Made by a program: the position numbers and the translations under genes
The notes under the pieces: model-generated
Seen by the model: the letters and a program-made list of their open reading frames with translations, nothing else
The model's database searches: none
Told to the model about the DNA's origin: nothing
Part shown: positions 30,788-41,389 of the stretch, piece after piece
How positions within the stretch are numbered: position 1 is the stretch's first letter
How the letters are laid out: every line of letters begins with the position of its first letter
DNA from: Myxococcota bacterium
GTDB taxonomy: Bacteria; Myxococcota_A; UBA796; GCA-2862545
NCBI GenBank assembly: GCA_039208735.1
Contig: JBCCQY010000003.1
Span: 79,490-143,489, forward strand
Length of the DNA: 64,000 nucleotides
Direction of reading: 5' to 3'

Positions 30788-31630
30788 TCAGATTTTGCGG
30801 TGCGCGAAGGCCCACAGACTCCCAAAGAGCAGGGCTATCGTCGCATAGAGCTGGGGAGCCCGTTGCAGGGCCCCCTGCTCGGCCGCGGGAAAGGCGACGG
30901 CGAGCACCGCGAGTGCAGCCGGCAGGTTTTGAACACCGGTTTCAAGCCCGATGGCGAGCCACTGTGGCCGGTCGAAACCCAAGCTCCACCCAGCCATGCT
31001 CCCGAGCAACAACCCGCCTCCCGACACCCCCGCACAGGCCATGAACAAGGCAGCGGGTGCGGTTTGAATCGAAGCGAATACGTCGGCCGCGCCGGCCGCC
31101 AAAATCACGACCAACAGACCGAGCCCCGCCAGCCGACCCGTTCGGTCGACGCCATTCGCAAGTTCGGGGCTCCGAGCGCGAAGGGCCATGCCCAAGGGAA
31201 CGGGCACGGCCATCATCGCGAGCGTGAGGGCGATGGCGTTCAACGGTACGGCGATTCCACGGTTCATCAGGAGGAACAGCCAAGCTGGGGTGAGCATGGC
31301 CGACGCGATGGTTGCCGTGACGGTCATCGAAAGGCTCAACGCCAAATCGCCACGCACCAGGTAGGTCAGCATGTTGCTTGCGTTGCCGCCGCCCACCGTG
31401 ACCATCAACAAAAGGCCGAGGGTGTCCGACGGCCCGAGTTGCAAGCCGCTGGCCACGCCGAAGCCCAACGCGGGGAGCACCAGAAACTGGCTGGCTAGAC
31501 CCACCCCAAGCGCCTGGGGTCGAGCGAGCACCCGCCAAAACACGGCGGGCTTAAGCGAGGCGCCTATTCCGAACATCAACAACACGGTGAGCACACCGTA
31601 GAGCACCTGCTGCCAGACGGGGAGAGCCAC
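30788..31630 (-). CDS. Bile acid:sodium symporter family protein
   Basis: MFGIGASL, SQFLVLP, GGNASN..GDLALS, IGLETGVQN. Confidence 0.93.
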   Translation of the reverse strand: MALPVWQQVLYGVLTVLLMFGIGASLKPAVFWRVLARPQALGVGLASQFLVLPALGFGVASGLQLGPSDTLGLLLMVTVGGGNASNMLTYLVRGDLALSLSMTVTATIASAMLTPAWLFLLMNRGIAVPLNAIALTLAMMAVPVPLGMALRARSPELANGVDRTGRLAGLGLLVVILAAGAADVFASIQTAPAALFMACAGVSGGGLLLGSMAGWSLGFDRPQWLAIGLETGVQNLPAALAVLAVAFPAAEQGALQRAPQLYATIALLFGSLWAFAHRKI

Positions 31631-32295
31631 TACTTTTCGTAGTCTTCGTACGGTTCGTCCGCGAGGAACGCCCCGAGATCGGCATACACGTCGGTGATGG
31701 TCTGGGTGATGGTGTCGGTGCCCGACAAGGGGGCTCTCAAGTGCTCGATGTATTGCCAGGCCACCTTGTCACCCGCCTCTCCATCCACATCGATGAGTGC
31801 GATCGACCCTTCGAAGTAGGGGAACAGCGTTTGACCTTTGAGCATGCCGTAGGTGCACAGAATGACGGCGGGCTCCTCGGCCGTGCCCACTACTGGGTCG
31901 CAGAGCCACAGCACCTCGTAGACGATGTCCGCAAGGTTGCTGCGCGCCGTATGCGTCATTTGCAGACTCCAGGTCGCGCTCGGGTCAGGGTCCTCTTGGA
32001 TGTTCGAGAACGTCGAGTTCCGAAAGTCTGCGGCGACCCGGGGTTCGAGTACGCCGTCGAGTACGTCGAGCATCGGCGCTTCCAGGTTCGCCTTGCCGTG
32101 ACAGAAGTCGAAATCGAGGCCGTCCGGCAGTTCGTCTTGGCCGCACTCGAGAGAGAGCGGGCCCACTGGGTGGGCGTCGTCGCCTTCTGCGGGAATGTCG
32201 GGAGCGAGGTTCATGGGAACCGAGGTGGGAATTTCAGGCACGAAGTCCACAGGGGTTCCGCAAGCGAACATCCACAACACGATCGAGGCCGTCAT
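31630..32295 (-). CDS. Hypothetical lipoprotein
   Basis: GGAGG RBS; WMFAC lipobox-like; acidic. Confidence 0.65.
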   Translation of the reverse strand: MTASIVLWMFACGTPVDFVPEIPTSVPMNLAPDIPAEGDDAHPVGPLSLECGQDELPDGLDFDFCHGKANLEAPMLDVLDGVLEPRVAADFRNSTFSNIQEDPDPSATWSLQMTHTARSNLADIVYEVLWLCDPVVGTAEEPAVILCTYGMLKGQTLFPYFEGSIALIDVDGEAGDKVAWQYIEHLRAPLSGTDTITQTITDVYADLGAFLADEPYEDYEK

Positions 32296-32354
32296 GAGGC
32301 TTCCTCCGTCGGGGTCGGCCACCCTACCATCAAGCTTCGCTTGTTCGGGTCTGA

Positions 32355-34046
32355 TCACTCGACTTCATCGAAGCGGACGTTCACCATTCCACCCAGTGAT
32401 CCATCGGAGCCCGGCAACGGCAAGGCACTGATCGTTCCACGCCAGCCGTCCACCCGAATCCGACCCAGTGACGGCGCGCGATCACCCTTGCCAATCGCCG
32501 CGACCACGCTCCCCGCGGCCAGACCCACGGTGCTTCCGGCGAGGGTTGAGATGACCAGCGGGTCTAGATTGTCTGGATTGTAGAGGAAGATGACACCCGT
32601 AAGCCCCCCTGCAGCGGCTCCGACGAGTCCCAGTCCATCAATGGCGCCGATGTCTTGCCACGTTGGCTTCCACCCCGCACCCAAGGCGATGCCTGACGTG
32701 AGGAGCAACCCATTGCCTGCACCGAGTGTGGTGAGCCACTGGGCTTCTTGGTCAAGGTTGGCCAATGATGAGCCCCAGGCGCCGTACCATGTGCCCCAGC
32801 CCCCGGCTGACAGCAGGGTCAGTGACCCGGACGGCTCAACATCGAGGACCGGAGTGAGGCCGAGGGTCACGAGTGAGCCCGCTCCTGCCGCGGTGAGCGC
32901 GTAACCCACGGGACGACGCGCCTCTGTGGTGGTGTAGTCGGCGTAGACGCCCCAGCCGATCGCCTGGTAGGTCGTCCACGCTCCGAGCGTGCCCAGCAGA
33001 ATGCCATCGTCGGCGTCGAGGTTGTAGTGCGGCGCAAGTGCAGCACCGAGCACCTGGCCGCCGATCCCTGCCGCAAGCATGGGCCCGACGATGCGTCGCG
33101 CAGGGGCATCCTGGGATTCAAGGGCAAGCGGGAGCCCCGCTCCAAGGGCGCTGCCCGCAGCCCACCCCGCCACCTGCATGCCGGCCGAGCGGGCCGAAGG
33201 TTCGCCAAAGGACGACATCAGTAGGGCGCTGCCGTAGCCCACGCCAAGGCCAAGCCGGACCCCTCCCAGCAACTGGCGCCGGCTTGGGTTTTCCTCGAAC
33301 AGCAGCGGGGACCACGCACCGATCCACGCGCCATGACCAAGCGACAAGGCCAGCGACGAGACGCCCGGTTCGGTCCCCGTTCGGTTGGCCAAGGTGCCTA
33401 GACCGCCGAACAGCGCGGCCGAAGCGATGTTCACCGCCGCCCGAGGCCGAACGTCCCGCTCCGGACGACTCCGGGTCGGCTCGCCGAGGCGAGCAAGATC
33501 GTTGAGTCCTGTGGCCGTCAGCCAGCCAATGCTGGTGGCAAGGGAGAATCGGGCTTGGTCTTCGATCGATGAGGCTCGAGCGCCGAAAGCCGTGCCAAGA
33601 CCCACTCCAAGCATCGATCCGGCCAAACCCGCCGCATGGATCCGTTCGATTCGACCTGGTGCGTCCGGGGCGATGAGGGCTCGCCCGACCTGCGTGCCGT
33701 AGAAGATTCCGTGACCGGCGGTCGTGTAAAGCAGGGCTTGCGATTCGTAGTCCCGCTCGGTGGCTCGTGACAAGACGAACGCGGTCGTCAAACCCACTGC
33801 TGCGCCACCGAGCAACCCCGGTGCGATGCCCTGGGTGGTGTGCGCTTGTTCGCTTTCCTCGACGGCTTCTCCGATTAGGAAGCCCGCTTCCGCACCCGCA
33901 TACGCACCGTATGTGGCCCCGAAACTAAGTAGGATCTCGCCGCCGCGTGTCTTCTTGGTACCTCGGTCGGAGACGACCGTGACCGTTTCGGGCTCGTCGT
34001 CCGAGACCGTCTGCGAAAATGCCAGGCTTGTAAGGGCTAACCACAT
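32355..34046 (-). CDS. Gly-rich multi-helix membrane protein with signal peptide
   Basis: 563 aa with repeated glycine-zipper hydrophobic segments. Confidence 0.75.
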   Translation of the reverse strand: MWLALTSLAFSQTVSDDEPETVTVVSDRGTKKTRGGEILLSFGATYGAYAGAEAGFLIGEAVEESEQAHTTQGIAPGLLGGAAVGLTTAFVLSRATERDYESQALLYTTAGHGIFYGTQVGRALIAPDAPGRIERIHAAGLAGSMLGVGLGTAFGARASSIEDQARFSLATSIGWLTATGLNDLARLGEPTRSRPERDVRPRAAVNIASAALFGGLGTLANRTGTEPGVSSLALSLGHGAWIGAWSPLLFEENPSRRQLLGGVRLGLGVGYGSALLMSSFGEPSARSAGMQVAGWAAGSALGAGLPLALESQDAPARRIVGPMLAAGIGGQVLGAALAPHYNLDADDGILLGTLGAWTTYQAIGWGVYADYTTTEARRPVGYALTAAGAGSLVTLGLTPVLDVEPSGSLTLLSAGGWGTWYGAWGSSLANLDQEAQWLTTLGAGNGLLLTSGIALGAGWKPTWQDIGAIDGLGLVGAAAGGLTGVIFLYNPDNLDPLVISTLAGSTVGLAAGSVVAAIGKGDRAPSLGRIRVDGWRGTISALPLPGSDGSLGGMVNVRFDEVE

Positions 34047-34335
34047 CGGGATCCTCTGTTTTGACCGCCGATGTGTTCACAAAATGTGCCAGGTGGAGCC
34101 TGGAAGAAAAGGAGTTTCGTTGGTTGGGTCTGTCGCCAGAGGGCGTCAGTGTGTCGTCGATCGACGACAAGTGCAAAGAGCAGGAAGCCTCCGACGCGGG
34201 TTGCGTGCGAGATGATCAGGATTTGAACTGGCCAGTGGGCGGTCGCGAAACCGTGCTGCAACACGCCGCAACACAGCCCTCCATCCAGCAACCTGGTTTT
34301 TCGTGATGCTCCTCTCATCCAACGGAGGTCCTGTC

Positions 34336-35208
34336 ATGTTCAACCCACGCGCCGATCGCACCCTGGCCGTTCCTTCTGCCCAAACGCGTGTTCGTCAGCC
34401 TACGGTCGTCGAAGCGCGGGAGTTGGCTTGGGCCCGTCTCACGTTGCAGGAACTCGTGCCGGGGTCCTACCGGTTTCCCGCGCGCCCGACCTACCGACTC
34501 ACGGTGCCGATCGAGATTGATTGCCGTGTTTCGACGAAAGATTCGCCGGACTGCCCCCCGTGCGCGTTGCTGCCTAGCCAGTTGTTGCTGACGGGTCCGG
34601 GCGTGACCACCACTCGCTCCTTTGATGGACCTGCGCGCTGCCTCGAAGTCGAGTTTGATGCGGATCGGATTGAAGCGGTCGCGAAGGCCCAGGAACCGAG
34701 CTTTTCGGGGTTCGGCCGCGGTTGGGGGGAGCCCTGGCGAGCCCAGGATGCGCGTGACGCCGTCCTTACGCTGTGGCGGCAAGCCCTTTCGGGACGCGCT
34801 TCGGAACAGGACGTGCTCTCCACCATTGTAGCCGACCTGCTGAAAGCCCGGGAAGCGGACGAGATGGCGCATCGCCGGCGCGCGTTGTCGGGACCGGTGC
34901 GGCGTCGCGTGGTGGCTCACATCGAAGAGAACCTCCAATCCTCGCTCAAGCTCGCCGAGTTGGCCGAGGTTGCGAAACTCTCTCCGTTCCACTTTGCACG
35001 TGCATTTAGGCACGACTTGGGCTTGCCCCCGCGGGCCTACGTTCTCGAACGGCGCCTCGCGCGGGCTCGGGAAGCCATTGAAACCACGCAGGATCGGCTC
35101 GATTCGATTTCGTACCGGGTCGGCTTTTCGAGTCAGCAACACATGACCGCTACGTTCCGGCAGCGTCATGGCATCACCCCAGGTGCGCTGCGGCGCCACG
35201 GGCACTGA
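34336..35208 (+). CDS. AraC-family transcriptional regulator
   Basis: LAELAEVAKLSPFHFARAF..VGFSSQQHMTATF; GGAGG RBS. Confidence 0.92.
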   Translation: MFNPRADRTLAVPSAQTRVRQPTVVEARELAWARLTLQELVPGSYRFPARPTYRLTVPIEIDCRVSTKDSPDCPPCALLPSQLLLTGPGVTTTRSFDGPARCLEVEFDADRIEAVAKAQEPSFSGFGRGWGEPWRAQDARDAVLTLWRQALSGRASEQDVLSTIVADLLKAREADEMAHRRRALSGPVRRRVVAHIEENLQSSLKLAELAEVAKLSPFHFARAFRHDLGLPPRAYVLERRLARAREAIETTQDRLDSISYRVGFSSQQHMTATFRQRHGITPGALRRHGH

Positions 35209-35244
35209 GCCTGCAGCCTTTGCGCGACTCGCCGATGGCAGGGC

Positions 35245-36528
35245 ATGTCCTCCTTCATTGCTCTGGCCAACCAGCACCTCCGCAACGGCCATGCGGGCCC
35301 TGCCGAACAAGTCCTTCGCGAAGGACTGGCTTCCGATGCGCGCGTCTTCGAGGGATGGTGCATCCTGGCCGACTTGCTGACGCGCCGGCATGCCTACGAA
35401 GATGCGCTCGAGGCCAATCAACGCGCTTTGGCGTTGCTGCCTGATGATCCAAGAGGACTCATCAGCCGAGGTCGAACGCTGCGGGCCTTAAACCGGCGCG
35501 AAGAGGCGGTCGAACTATTCAACCGGGCCCTCGCGAGACCGCCGCTACCCCTGCCGTTGCAGGCGCACGGATTCATGGAACTCGGCCGGACCCTCGACGA
35601 ATTGTCCCGGCCGATCGAAGCTTGGCAAGCGATCACGCTCGGACAGCAGATCCGACGCCGCCTGGGGGTCGCGGCGGGCCTAAACAATGGCTGGCTGTCC
35701 GAGCACCTTGACGCCCTCAACGAATGGCTGCGGGTGCGTCACCACACTTCGCCGATCCCCTGGGATGACCCTAGACCAAGACCCGTGTTCCTCGTCGGGA
35801 TTCCGCGCTCGGGGACCACGCTCATGGAGCAGATCCTGGTGGCGGCGGGGTGCGAGAGCACTGCGGAACGTCCGGCCCTCACCGCGGCGTTGGCGGACGT
35901 GATGGAAGCCAATCCCCATCGGGGCTATCCCGGAAGCCTGGAGCAGTGGCCTGTCGATCTGGTGCGGGCCATTCGGGCGCGGTTCTTCGAGTACGCAGGG
36001 TATGGGGACTCGGTTGCGGTGTTGCACAAGTTGCCCCTCGATCTGCTCCACCTTGGGCTCATCGATCGGGTGTTCGACGGTGCGCCCGTGGTGCTCGCAT
36101 TCCGCGATCCCCGCGACACGCTGCTGAGTGGCTACTTCCAAAACCTCGTGCTGAATCCAGCGATGTTCCATTGGACGGAGCCCGAGTCCCTCGCCCGAGC
36201 CACGCGCGGCTTGCTGCAGCTCGCCCGTCGTTATGCGCAATCCCTGACGGGGTTGAACCTGCGGGTGCAGCACTACGCTCGGCTGACCGAGGATCCGTCC
36301 ACCGAGATGCGGGCGTTGGTCGAACACGCTCAGCGACCATGGACCGAGCACGTCGCCCAATTTCATGAGACCGCCCGCCACCGGTCGATCGCTACGCCGT
36401 CGAGCCATGCGGTGACGGAGCCCGTCCATCGGCGGGCGAGGGCGCGGTGGCAGATCTACGAACGCCAACTCGCGCCTGTGCTGCCGCTGCTGGACGGGTG
36501 TCTGACCTTCACCGTCCGAAGCACATGA
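35245..36528 (+). CDS. TPR-containing sulfotransferase-family protein
   Basis: N-terminal TPRs; FLVGIPRSGTTLMEQIL 5'-PSB motif; RDPRDTLLS. Confidence 0.92.
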   Translation: MSSFIALANQHLRNGHAGPAEQVLREGLASDARVFEGWCILADLLTRRHAYEDALEANQRALALLPDDPRGLISRGRTLRALNRREEAVELFNRALARPPLPLPLQAHGFMELGRTLDELSRPIEAWQAITLGQQIRRRLGVAAGLNNGWLSEHLDALNEWLRVRHHTSPIPWDDPRPRPVFLVGIPRSGTTLMEQILVAAGCESTAERPALTAALADVMEANPHRGYPGSLEQWPVDLVRAIRARFFEYAGYGDSVAVLHKLPLDLLHLGLIDRVFDGAPVVLAFRDPRDTLLSGYFQNLVLNPAMFHWTEPESLARATRGLLQLARRYAQSLTGLNLRVQHYARLTEDPSTEMRALVEHAQRPWTEHVAQFHETARHRSIATPSSHAVTEPVHRRARARWQIYERQLAPVLPLLDGCLTFTVRST

Positions 36529-36636
36529 TCGTCGCCTAACCGCGACGAGCGCCGGTTTTGTGAGGAAGCGTCCCGTCATGACGTCCCTTTGTCCGGAACC
36601 TGCGGTAGAGTCGCAATTCGCCTTGGAGGAGCAGTT

Positions 36637-38415
36637 ATGGCCTCAACCCTCGTGCACCGCCTGTTCCAGTTCGCAGCTGACCAGCCTAGCGCCCCGGCGC
36701 TACACGGACACGACCCGCAAGGAAAGCCCACTCTCTTGACGTGGGGGGACTACGGCACCCAGGTTCGTGAGGTTGCGGCAGGCCTCGCGGGGCTGGGGGT
36801 CAACGCAGAGGATCGCGTGGGCATCATCGCGAACAATCGTCCGGAATGGGTCATTGCCCAGTTTGGGATCATGAGTGCCAATGCGGTGCCTGCACCGATG
36901 TATACGACTCTTCAAGCCGAACAATGCGCGTTCGTCCTGGACCATGCGGATCTCACGGTGGTGTTTTGTGACACCGCCGAGCAAGCGGCCAAGCTTCGCG
37001 AGGCGGCGGGGTCTCGAGCCCTGAAGATCATCGCTTTGGTTCCCTTCGAGGCCGAAGATGTCACGACGCTCGACGAATTGCGGGCGTTGGGACGCGTCGA
37101 CCTTTCGGTGGCGCAGGCCCGTATCGATGCCATCGACCCCGATGCGATGGGGCTCTTGATCTACACGTCGGGCACGACCGGCGAGCCCAAGGGGGTGATG
37201 CTGCGGCACCGAGGGCTCACCCTGATGGCAGACGCCACGCTGGATCGGTTCCCCCATCTCAAGAACGGCATCAAGTACGTGTCGTACTTGCCGCTCTGCC
37301 ACGTCGCAGAGCAGCTCATGACCAATTACTTCCAGCTGTCTTCGGGGGGCGAGGTTTGGTTCATCGAAGACCCCAAGGACATTCGGGATGCCCTGCTGGA
37401 GGTGCGCCCCGAGGTCTTCCTGGGCGTTCCTCGGGTCTGGGAAAAGATGCAGGCTGCCCTTGAGGCGCGCTTACGTGAGGCCACAGGATTGCGCGCGGCG
37501 CTGGCACGCTGGGCTCTGGCCACCGAGCTACGCGGGTTCGACGCAGACGTGAAGCGCAACGACGGAAAGGAGCGGGTCGGGTTGTTGCGTCGATTGGCGC
37601 GTCGTCTCGTGGTTACGCGCATCAAGGAGGCGATTGGCCTCGACCAGGTGGGCGTCGCGGTGACCGGGGCCGCGCCGATCAGCGAGTCGACGTTGCGGTT
37701 CTTCGCCTCGATCGGCCTCATCATCTACGAGGGGTACGGGATGTCGGAGACCAGCGGTGTCGCCACATCGGCCGAGTATCGGCGACCCCGCTTCGGTACG
37801 GTGGGCAAGCCGCTGAACTGCGTGGAAATCCAGATTGCCGACGATGGGGAGATCCTGCTCCGCGGACCCATCATGACGACCGGCTACCTCCATCGGGAGG
37901 TGCTCACGGCCGAACTCCTCGACGGGGAGGGGTGGGTGCACACCGGCGACATCGGGAACCTCGATGCGGAAGGGAACCTGACCATCACAGGGCGCAAGAA
38001 GGACATCCTCATCACGGCAGGGGGAAAGAACATCGCCCCGGCAGAGCTCGAGGCCTACATCCAAAGTATCGAAGGGGTTGGCCAGGCGATGGTCGTGGGC
38101 GACCGTCAGCCCTATCTTGCGGCGCTCGTCACGCTCGACCCCGAGGCGCTCGGCGCCGTGGCCCAAGGAGCGGGGGTCCCGGAGGCTGAGCTGTCCGCCC
38201 TCGCCCAGCAGCCCGAGGTCGCCGCCTGGGTCCAGTCTCAGATCGAAGAGAAGTGCAATGCCCGGGTTGCGCGAGTCCAAACCGTCAAGAAGGCGCGCGT
38301 ATTGCCTACCGAATTCACGGTGGATGGTGGAGAGCTGACCCCCACCATGAAGCTACGGCGCAAGGTGGTCATGCAGCGCTACGCCGACGACATCGCGACG
38401 CTCTACGCTGGCTGA
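36637..38415 (+). CDS. Long-chain fatty acid-CoA ligase (AMP-dependent)
   Basis: IYTSGTTGEPKG, EGYGMSET, HTGDIG, GRKKDILITAGGKN, ELTPTMKLRR. Confidence 0.95.
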   Translation: MASTLVHRLFQFAADQPSAPALHGHDPQGKPTLLTWGDYGTQVREVAAGLAGLGVNAEDRVGIIANNRPEWVIAQFGIMSANAVPAPMYTTLQAEQCAFVLDHADLTVVFCDTAEQAAKLREAAGSRALKIIALVPFEAEDVTTLDELRALGRVDLSVAQARIDAIDPDAMGLLIYTSGTTGEPKGVMLRHRGLTLMADATLDRFPHLKNGIKYVSYLPLCHVAEQLMTNYFQLSSGGEVWFIEDPKDIRDALLEVRPEVFLGVPRVWEKMQAALEARLREATGLRAALARWALATELRGFDADVKRNDGKERVGLLRRLARRLVVTRIKEAIGLDQVGVAVTGAAPISESTLRFFASIGLIIYEGYGMSETSGVATSAEYRRPRFGTVGKPLNCVEIQIADDGEILLRGPIMTTGYLHREVLTAELLDGEGWVHTGDIGNLDAEGNLTITGRKKDILITAGGKNIAPAELEAYIQSIEGVGQAMVVGDRQPYLAALVTLDPEALGAVAQGAGVPEAELSALAQQPEVAAWVQSQIEEKCNARVARVQTVKKARVLPTEFTVDGGELTPTMKLRRKVVMQRYADDIATLYAG

Positions 38416-38536
38416 CCCCACCTTCAACTTTGAAGGAGCACCGGCAAGTGCTGCATCTGCACGGACGCGGGGTCCATCACCTTCATGAATGCACCCGCCT
38501 CGGGCACCCTTCGGGTTTGGCCGCGAACCGGGCGCA

Positions 38537-39958
38537 TCACCCCATGACGTGGGCATCCACCCAGGTGCCATGGAACGTAGGCGGCACATGGTGGGGGAGG
38601 GCCAACCGCGCCACGGTGTCGAGCGTATCGGTGCGCAAAATCCACAACTCGGCTCGCATGGGTTCGGGATTCCACACCACGGTGAGCGCATACCCAGCCG
38701 CATCGCCGGCTTGGGCCACGATGGTCGGCTCGCCCACATGGCACGGGTAGAGTTCGCGAAACCGCACGTCACCCGTGGTGGTATCGACCCGCAGAATGCC
38801 ACTGAAGTAGTGGACGGTGCGTTCGGGCGGTTGACCCACGGCGAGAATGGAGGAACCGTGGCGTACCGGGAACTCGGCACCGTAGAGGCTGTGCAACTCG
38901 AAGTGGACCCGTCGCTCGACGAGATCGATGACCAACCGTTCGAGTCGCGGCACGATGCCAGGCTTGTCTCCCGCATACAGGGCGTCTCGGTCGTCGAGGG
39001 GAGGGTAGGCCCCGTAGCGAACCACGTCCAGGCTCAGGCGACGGTCGGTTTCCTCGACGGCATCGGCGATGTGAAACACGAACCCCGGAGGCGCCTCGAG
39101 ACGTATGGGGGTTCCGCCGTACCGGGGCACCACCATCACGGTGAGCGGCTCGTCGTCGAAGAGGGTCAGCGCTTGGTACGGCGTCTTGCGGCCGAGGGCA
39201 AAGCCCGGCGCGTCAAAGCGACCTCGGGGGAGCACGAACACCCAATAGTGCTCGGTCAGCCCGAAGTCGTGAACCAGTGAGGGGCTGCCCAGGTGCAGCC
39301 GGCGGAGCTCTTCGATACCCGACTCGCCGATTCGGTGAATGCGCAGCATCGACCGCATCCCGAAGGTAATGCCGAACGCGTGAAGCTCTCCGGTGGCGGG
39401 ACAAGTGCGGGGATGCGCCGTGAGGGGATGAACGGGTTGGGCCACCCGGTCAGCCGCATGGTTGACGAGTGCGCCATCGAAGTCGACGGGACCGCGTGTG
39501 GCCAGGGTGACCGGATCAAGCGCGTAGGGCAGCCCCCCTTCCCAAAGCGCAAGGAGCCTTCCGGCGTGCCAGACCACATTGGTGTTGGCGGGGTTCTTGA
39601 CCTCAAGCCGAAGGGTGTTGGCGCGCCATCCCCCCGGCCGATTGGTGCCAAACGACCGAAAGCAGACGCGATCGAAGGCTTCTTCTTGAATGAAGTAGGG
39701 CGTGCGCACGAAGCGATTCGTGTAGTGCACGGTGCCCTTGTCAAACGCCAGACGAAGGACGTGTCCATCACCGTCAAACGGATGGCCGTAGCGCACCGCT
39801 CGACGTTCGAGGCGTCCGGGACCATTGCGAAAGAGTACGCCGTTTAAGGAGGGGGGAACTTGGCCTTCGATGACGGAAAGTTCAACGTTGGTGTGTTCGC
39901 TCTTCACCGTTTGAAGCGCTCGCTCCATCAGCGCTTTCATGACCGGAGGGGTGGGCAT
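38537..39958 (-). CDS. Carotenoid/stilbene cleavage dioxygenase (RPE65 family)
   Basis: RNGPG, HPFDGDG, NTNVV, and four Fe-binding His (TAHP, VHDF, VFHI, FHGTW). Confidence 0.93.
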   Translation of the reverse strand: MPTPPVMKALMERALQTVKSEHTNVELSVIEGQVPPSLNGVLFRNGPGRLERRAVRYGHPFDGDGHVLRLAFDKGTVHYTNRFVRTPYFIQEEAFDRVCFRSFGTNRPGGWRANTLRLEVKNPANTNVVWHAGRLLALWEGGLPYALDPVTLATRGPVDFDGALVNHAADRVAQPVHPLTAHPRTCPATGELHAFGITFGMRSMLRIHRIGESGIEELRRLHLGSPSLVHDFGLTEHYWVFVLPRGRFDAPGFALGRKTPYQALTLFDDEPLTVMVVPRYGGTPIRLEAPPGFVFHIADAVEETDRRLSLDVVRYGAYPPLDDRDALYAGDKPGIVPRLERLVIDLVERRVHFELHSLYGAEFPVRHGSSILAVGQPPERTVHYFSGILRVDTTTGDVRFRELYPCHVGEPTIVAQAGDAAGYALTVVWNPEPMRAELWILRTDTLDTVARLALPHHVPPTFHGTWVDAHVMG

Positions 39959-40072
39959 TCAACCCGATAACGAGGCGGCCGCACGATTCCACTCTGACGC
40001 AAACGGTGGCTCACACGGAGCGCGGTCATCCTGGACTCATCAGCGGGAACGTTGGTTCCCAAGGAGTCTGCC

Positions 40073-40231
40073 ATGCTTCGTACCGTTGGTTGGTTTGCGA
40101 CCCTCACGGCGAGCAGTGCATCACCGGAATCCCGAGACGATGGAACGAGCCCGTCCGATGTGCCGAGCGATAGGCCAGATCCTAAGCCTACGACGCCGAA
40201 TGTTCCGAAGTCATCTCCGAGGCCTGCATGA
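40073..40231 (+). CDS. Candidate 52-aa Ser/Pro-rich small protein
   Basis: AAGGAG RBS 6 nt upstream; its TGA overlaps the next ATG (ATGA). Confidence 0.4.
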   Translation: MLRTVGWFATLTASSASPESRDDGTSPSDVPSDRPDPKPTTPNVPKSSPRPA

Positions 40232-41361
40232 CCCAGCCATTTGATGTTCTCGTCGTGGGCGCCCGTTGCGCGGGTGCCACCACCGCCCTGCACTACGCAC
40301 GACAGGGCCGCCGAGTGTTGCTCGTCGACCGTGCGCGGCTTGGATCCGACACCTTGTCCACCCACGCCCTGATGCGTGCGGGCGTCCAAGCGCTCGTGCA
40401 GCTGGGGGTGGAACCGACGCTTCGAGCGCGGGGAACCCCCGTGGTTCGCCACACCACGATTCATTACGGCCGGGAGGCCCCGATCGAAGTTGATATCGTC
40501 CCCAAACACGGCGTCCAGGGCTTGCTAGCGCCGCGTCGCACGGTTCTTGACCGCGTGCTCGTCGAAGCCGCGGTGGACGCCGGGGTGGAGGTTCGATTTG
40601 GAACCTCGCTGCATGCCGTGACCCACGAGGATCACGGTCGCGTCAATGGCGCGGTGCTGCATTGTCGCGGCGTTCGGGAGACCGTGCGGGCGCGTCTGGT
40701 CGTGGGGGCCGATGGCCGTCGATCCACGGTGGCTGAGCAGGTCGGGGCTCGCACATTGCTGCAGAGTCCGCGCGGAACGTCCAATGCCTACGCCTATGTC
40801 TCGGGGTTGCCCCAAGACACCTACGAGTGGACCTACGATGCGGCAGCTTCCTCCGGTATCATTCCGACAAACGAGGGGTTGGCGTGTGTGTTCGTCTGTG
40901 GTGCTCCAAAGAACGTACAGTCGCGGCTCGCGGCGGACCCAGTGAAAGGGTGGCAACAACTCCTCCGGAGAGCCCACCCCGACGTCGCTGAACGGGTGTT
41001 TGCGGGCCATCGCGAGACCCCGGTGTATCGATTCTCGGGAGCTGTGGGTCACCTCAAGCAGGCCGCAGGGCCTGGCTGGGCCCTGGTCGGTGACGCCGGC
41101 TACTTCAAGGATCCGCTGACCGCCCATGGCATCACCGATGCGTTGCGGGATGCTGCGCTCCTCGCGTCGGCTACGGACGCTCGAGGCGAGGTGGGGCCGT
41201 CGTATGCCGAATGCAGGGATACGCTCGCTCGCCCCTTTCTCGCGATTACCGATGCCTTGGCCCGACATGATTGGGACCTCGAGCGCGTTCAATGTCTCCA
41301 CCAGGCCCTTCATGACGAAATGAAGCGGGAACGTTCGTGGTTGTTGGCCCAGGCCGCGTGA
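40228..41361 (+). CDS. NAD(P)/FAD-dependent oxidoreductase (geranylgeranyl reductase/halogenase-like)
   Basis: VVGARCAGA, SDTLSTH, GADGRRS, GWALVGDAGYFKDPLTAHGI. Confidence 0.92.
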   Translation: MTQPFDVLVVGARCAGATTALHYARQGRRVLLVDRARLGSDTLSTHALMRAGVQALVQLGVEPTLRARGTPVVRHTTIHYGREAPIEVDIVPKHGVQGLLAPRRTVLDRVLVEAAVDAGVEVRFGTSLHAVTHEDHGRVNGAVLHCRGVRETVRARLVVGADGRRSTVAEQVGARTLLQSPRGTSNAYAYVSGLPQDTYEWTYDAAASSGIIPTNEGLACVFVCGAPKNVQSRLAADPVKGWQQLLRRAHPDVAERVFAGHRETPVYRFSGAVGHLKQAAGPGWALVGDAGYFKDPLTAHGITDALRDAALLASATDARGEVGPSYAECRDTLARPFLAITDALARHDWDLERVQCLHQALHDEMKRERSWLLAQAA

Positions 41362-41389
41362 GCCGGAGCCCCCAAGATACAGCGAGGCC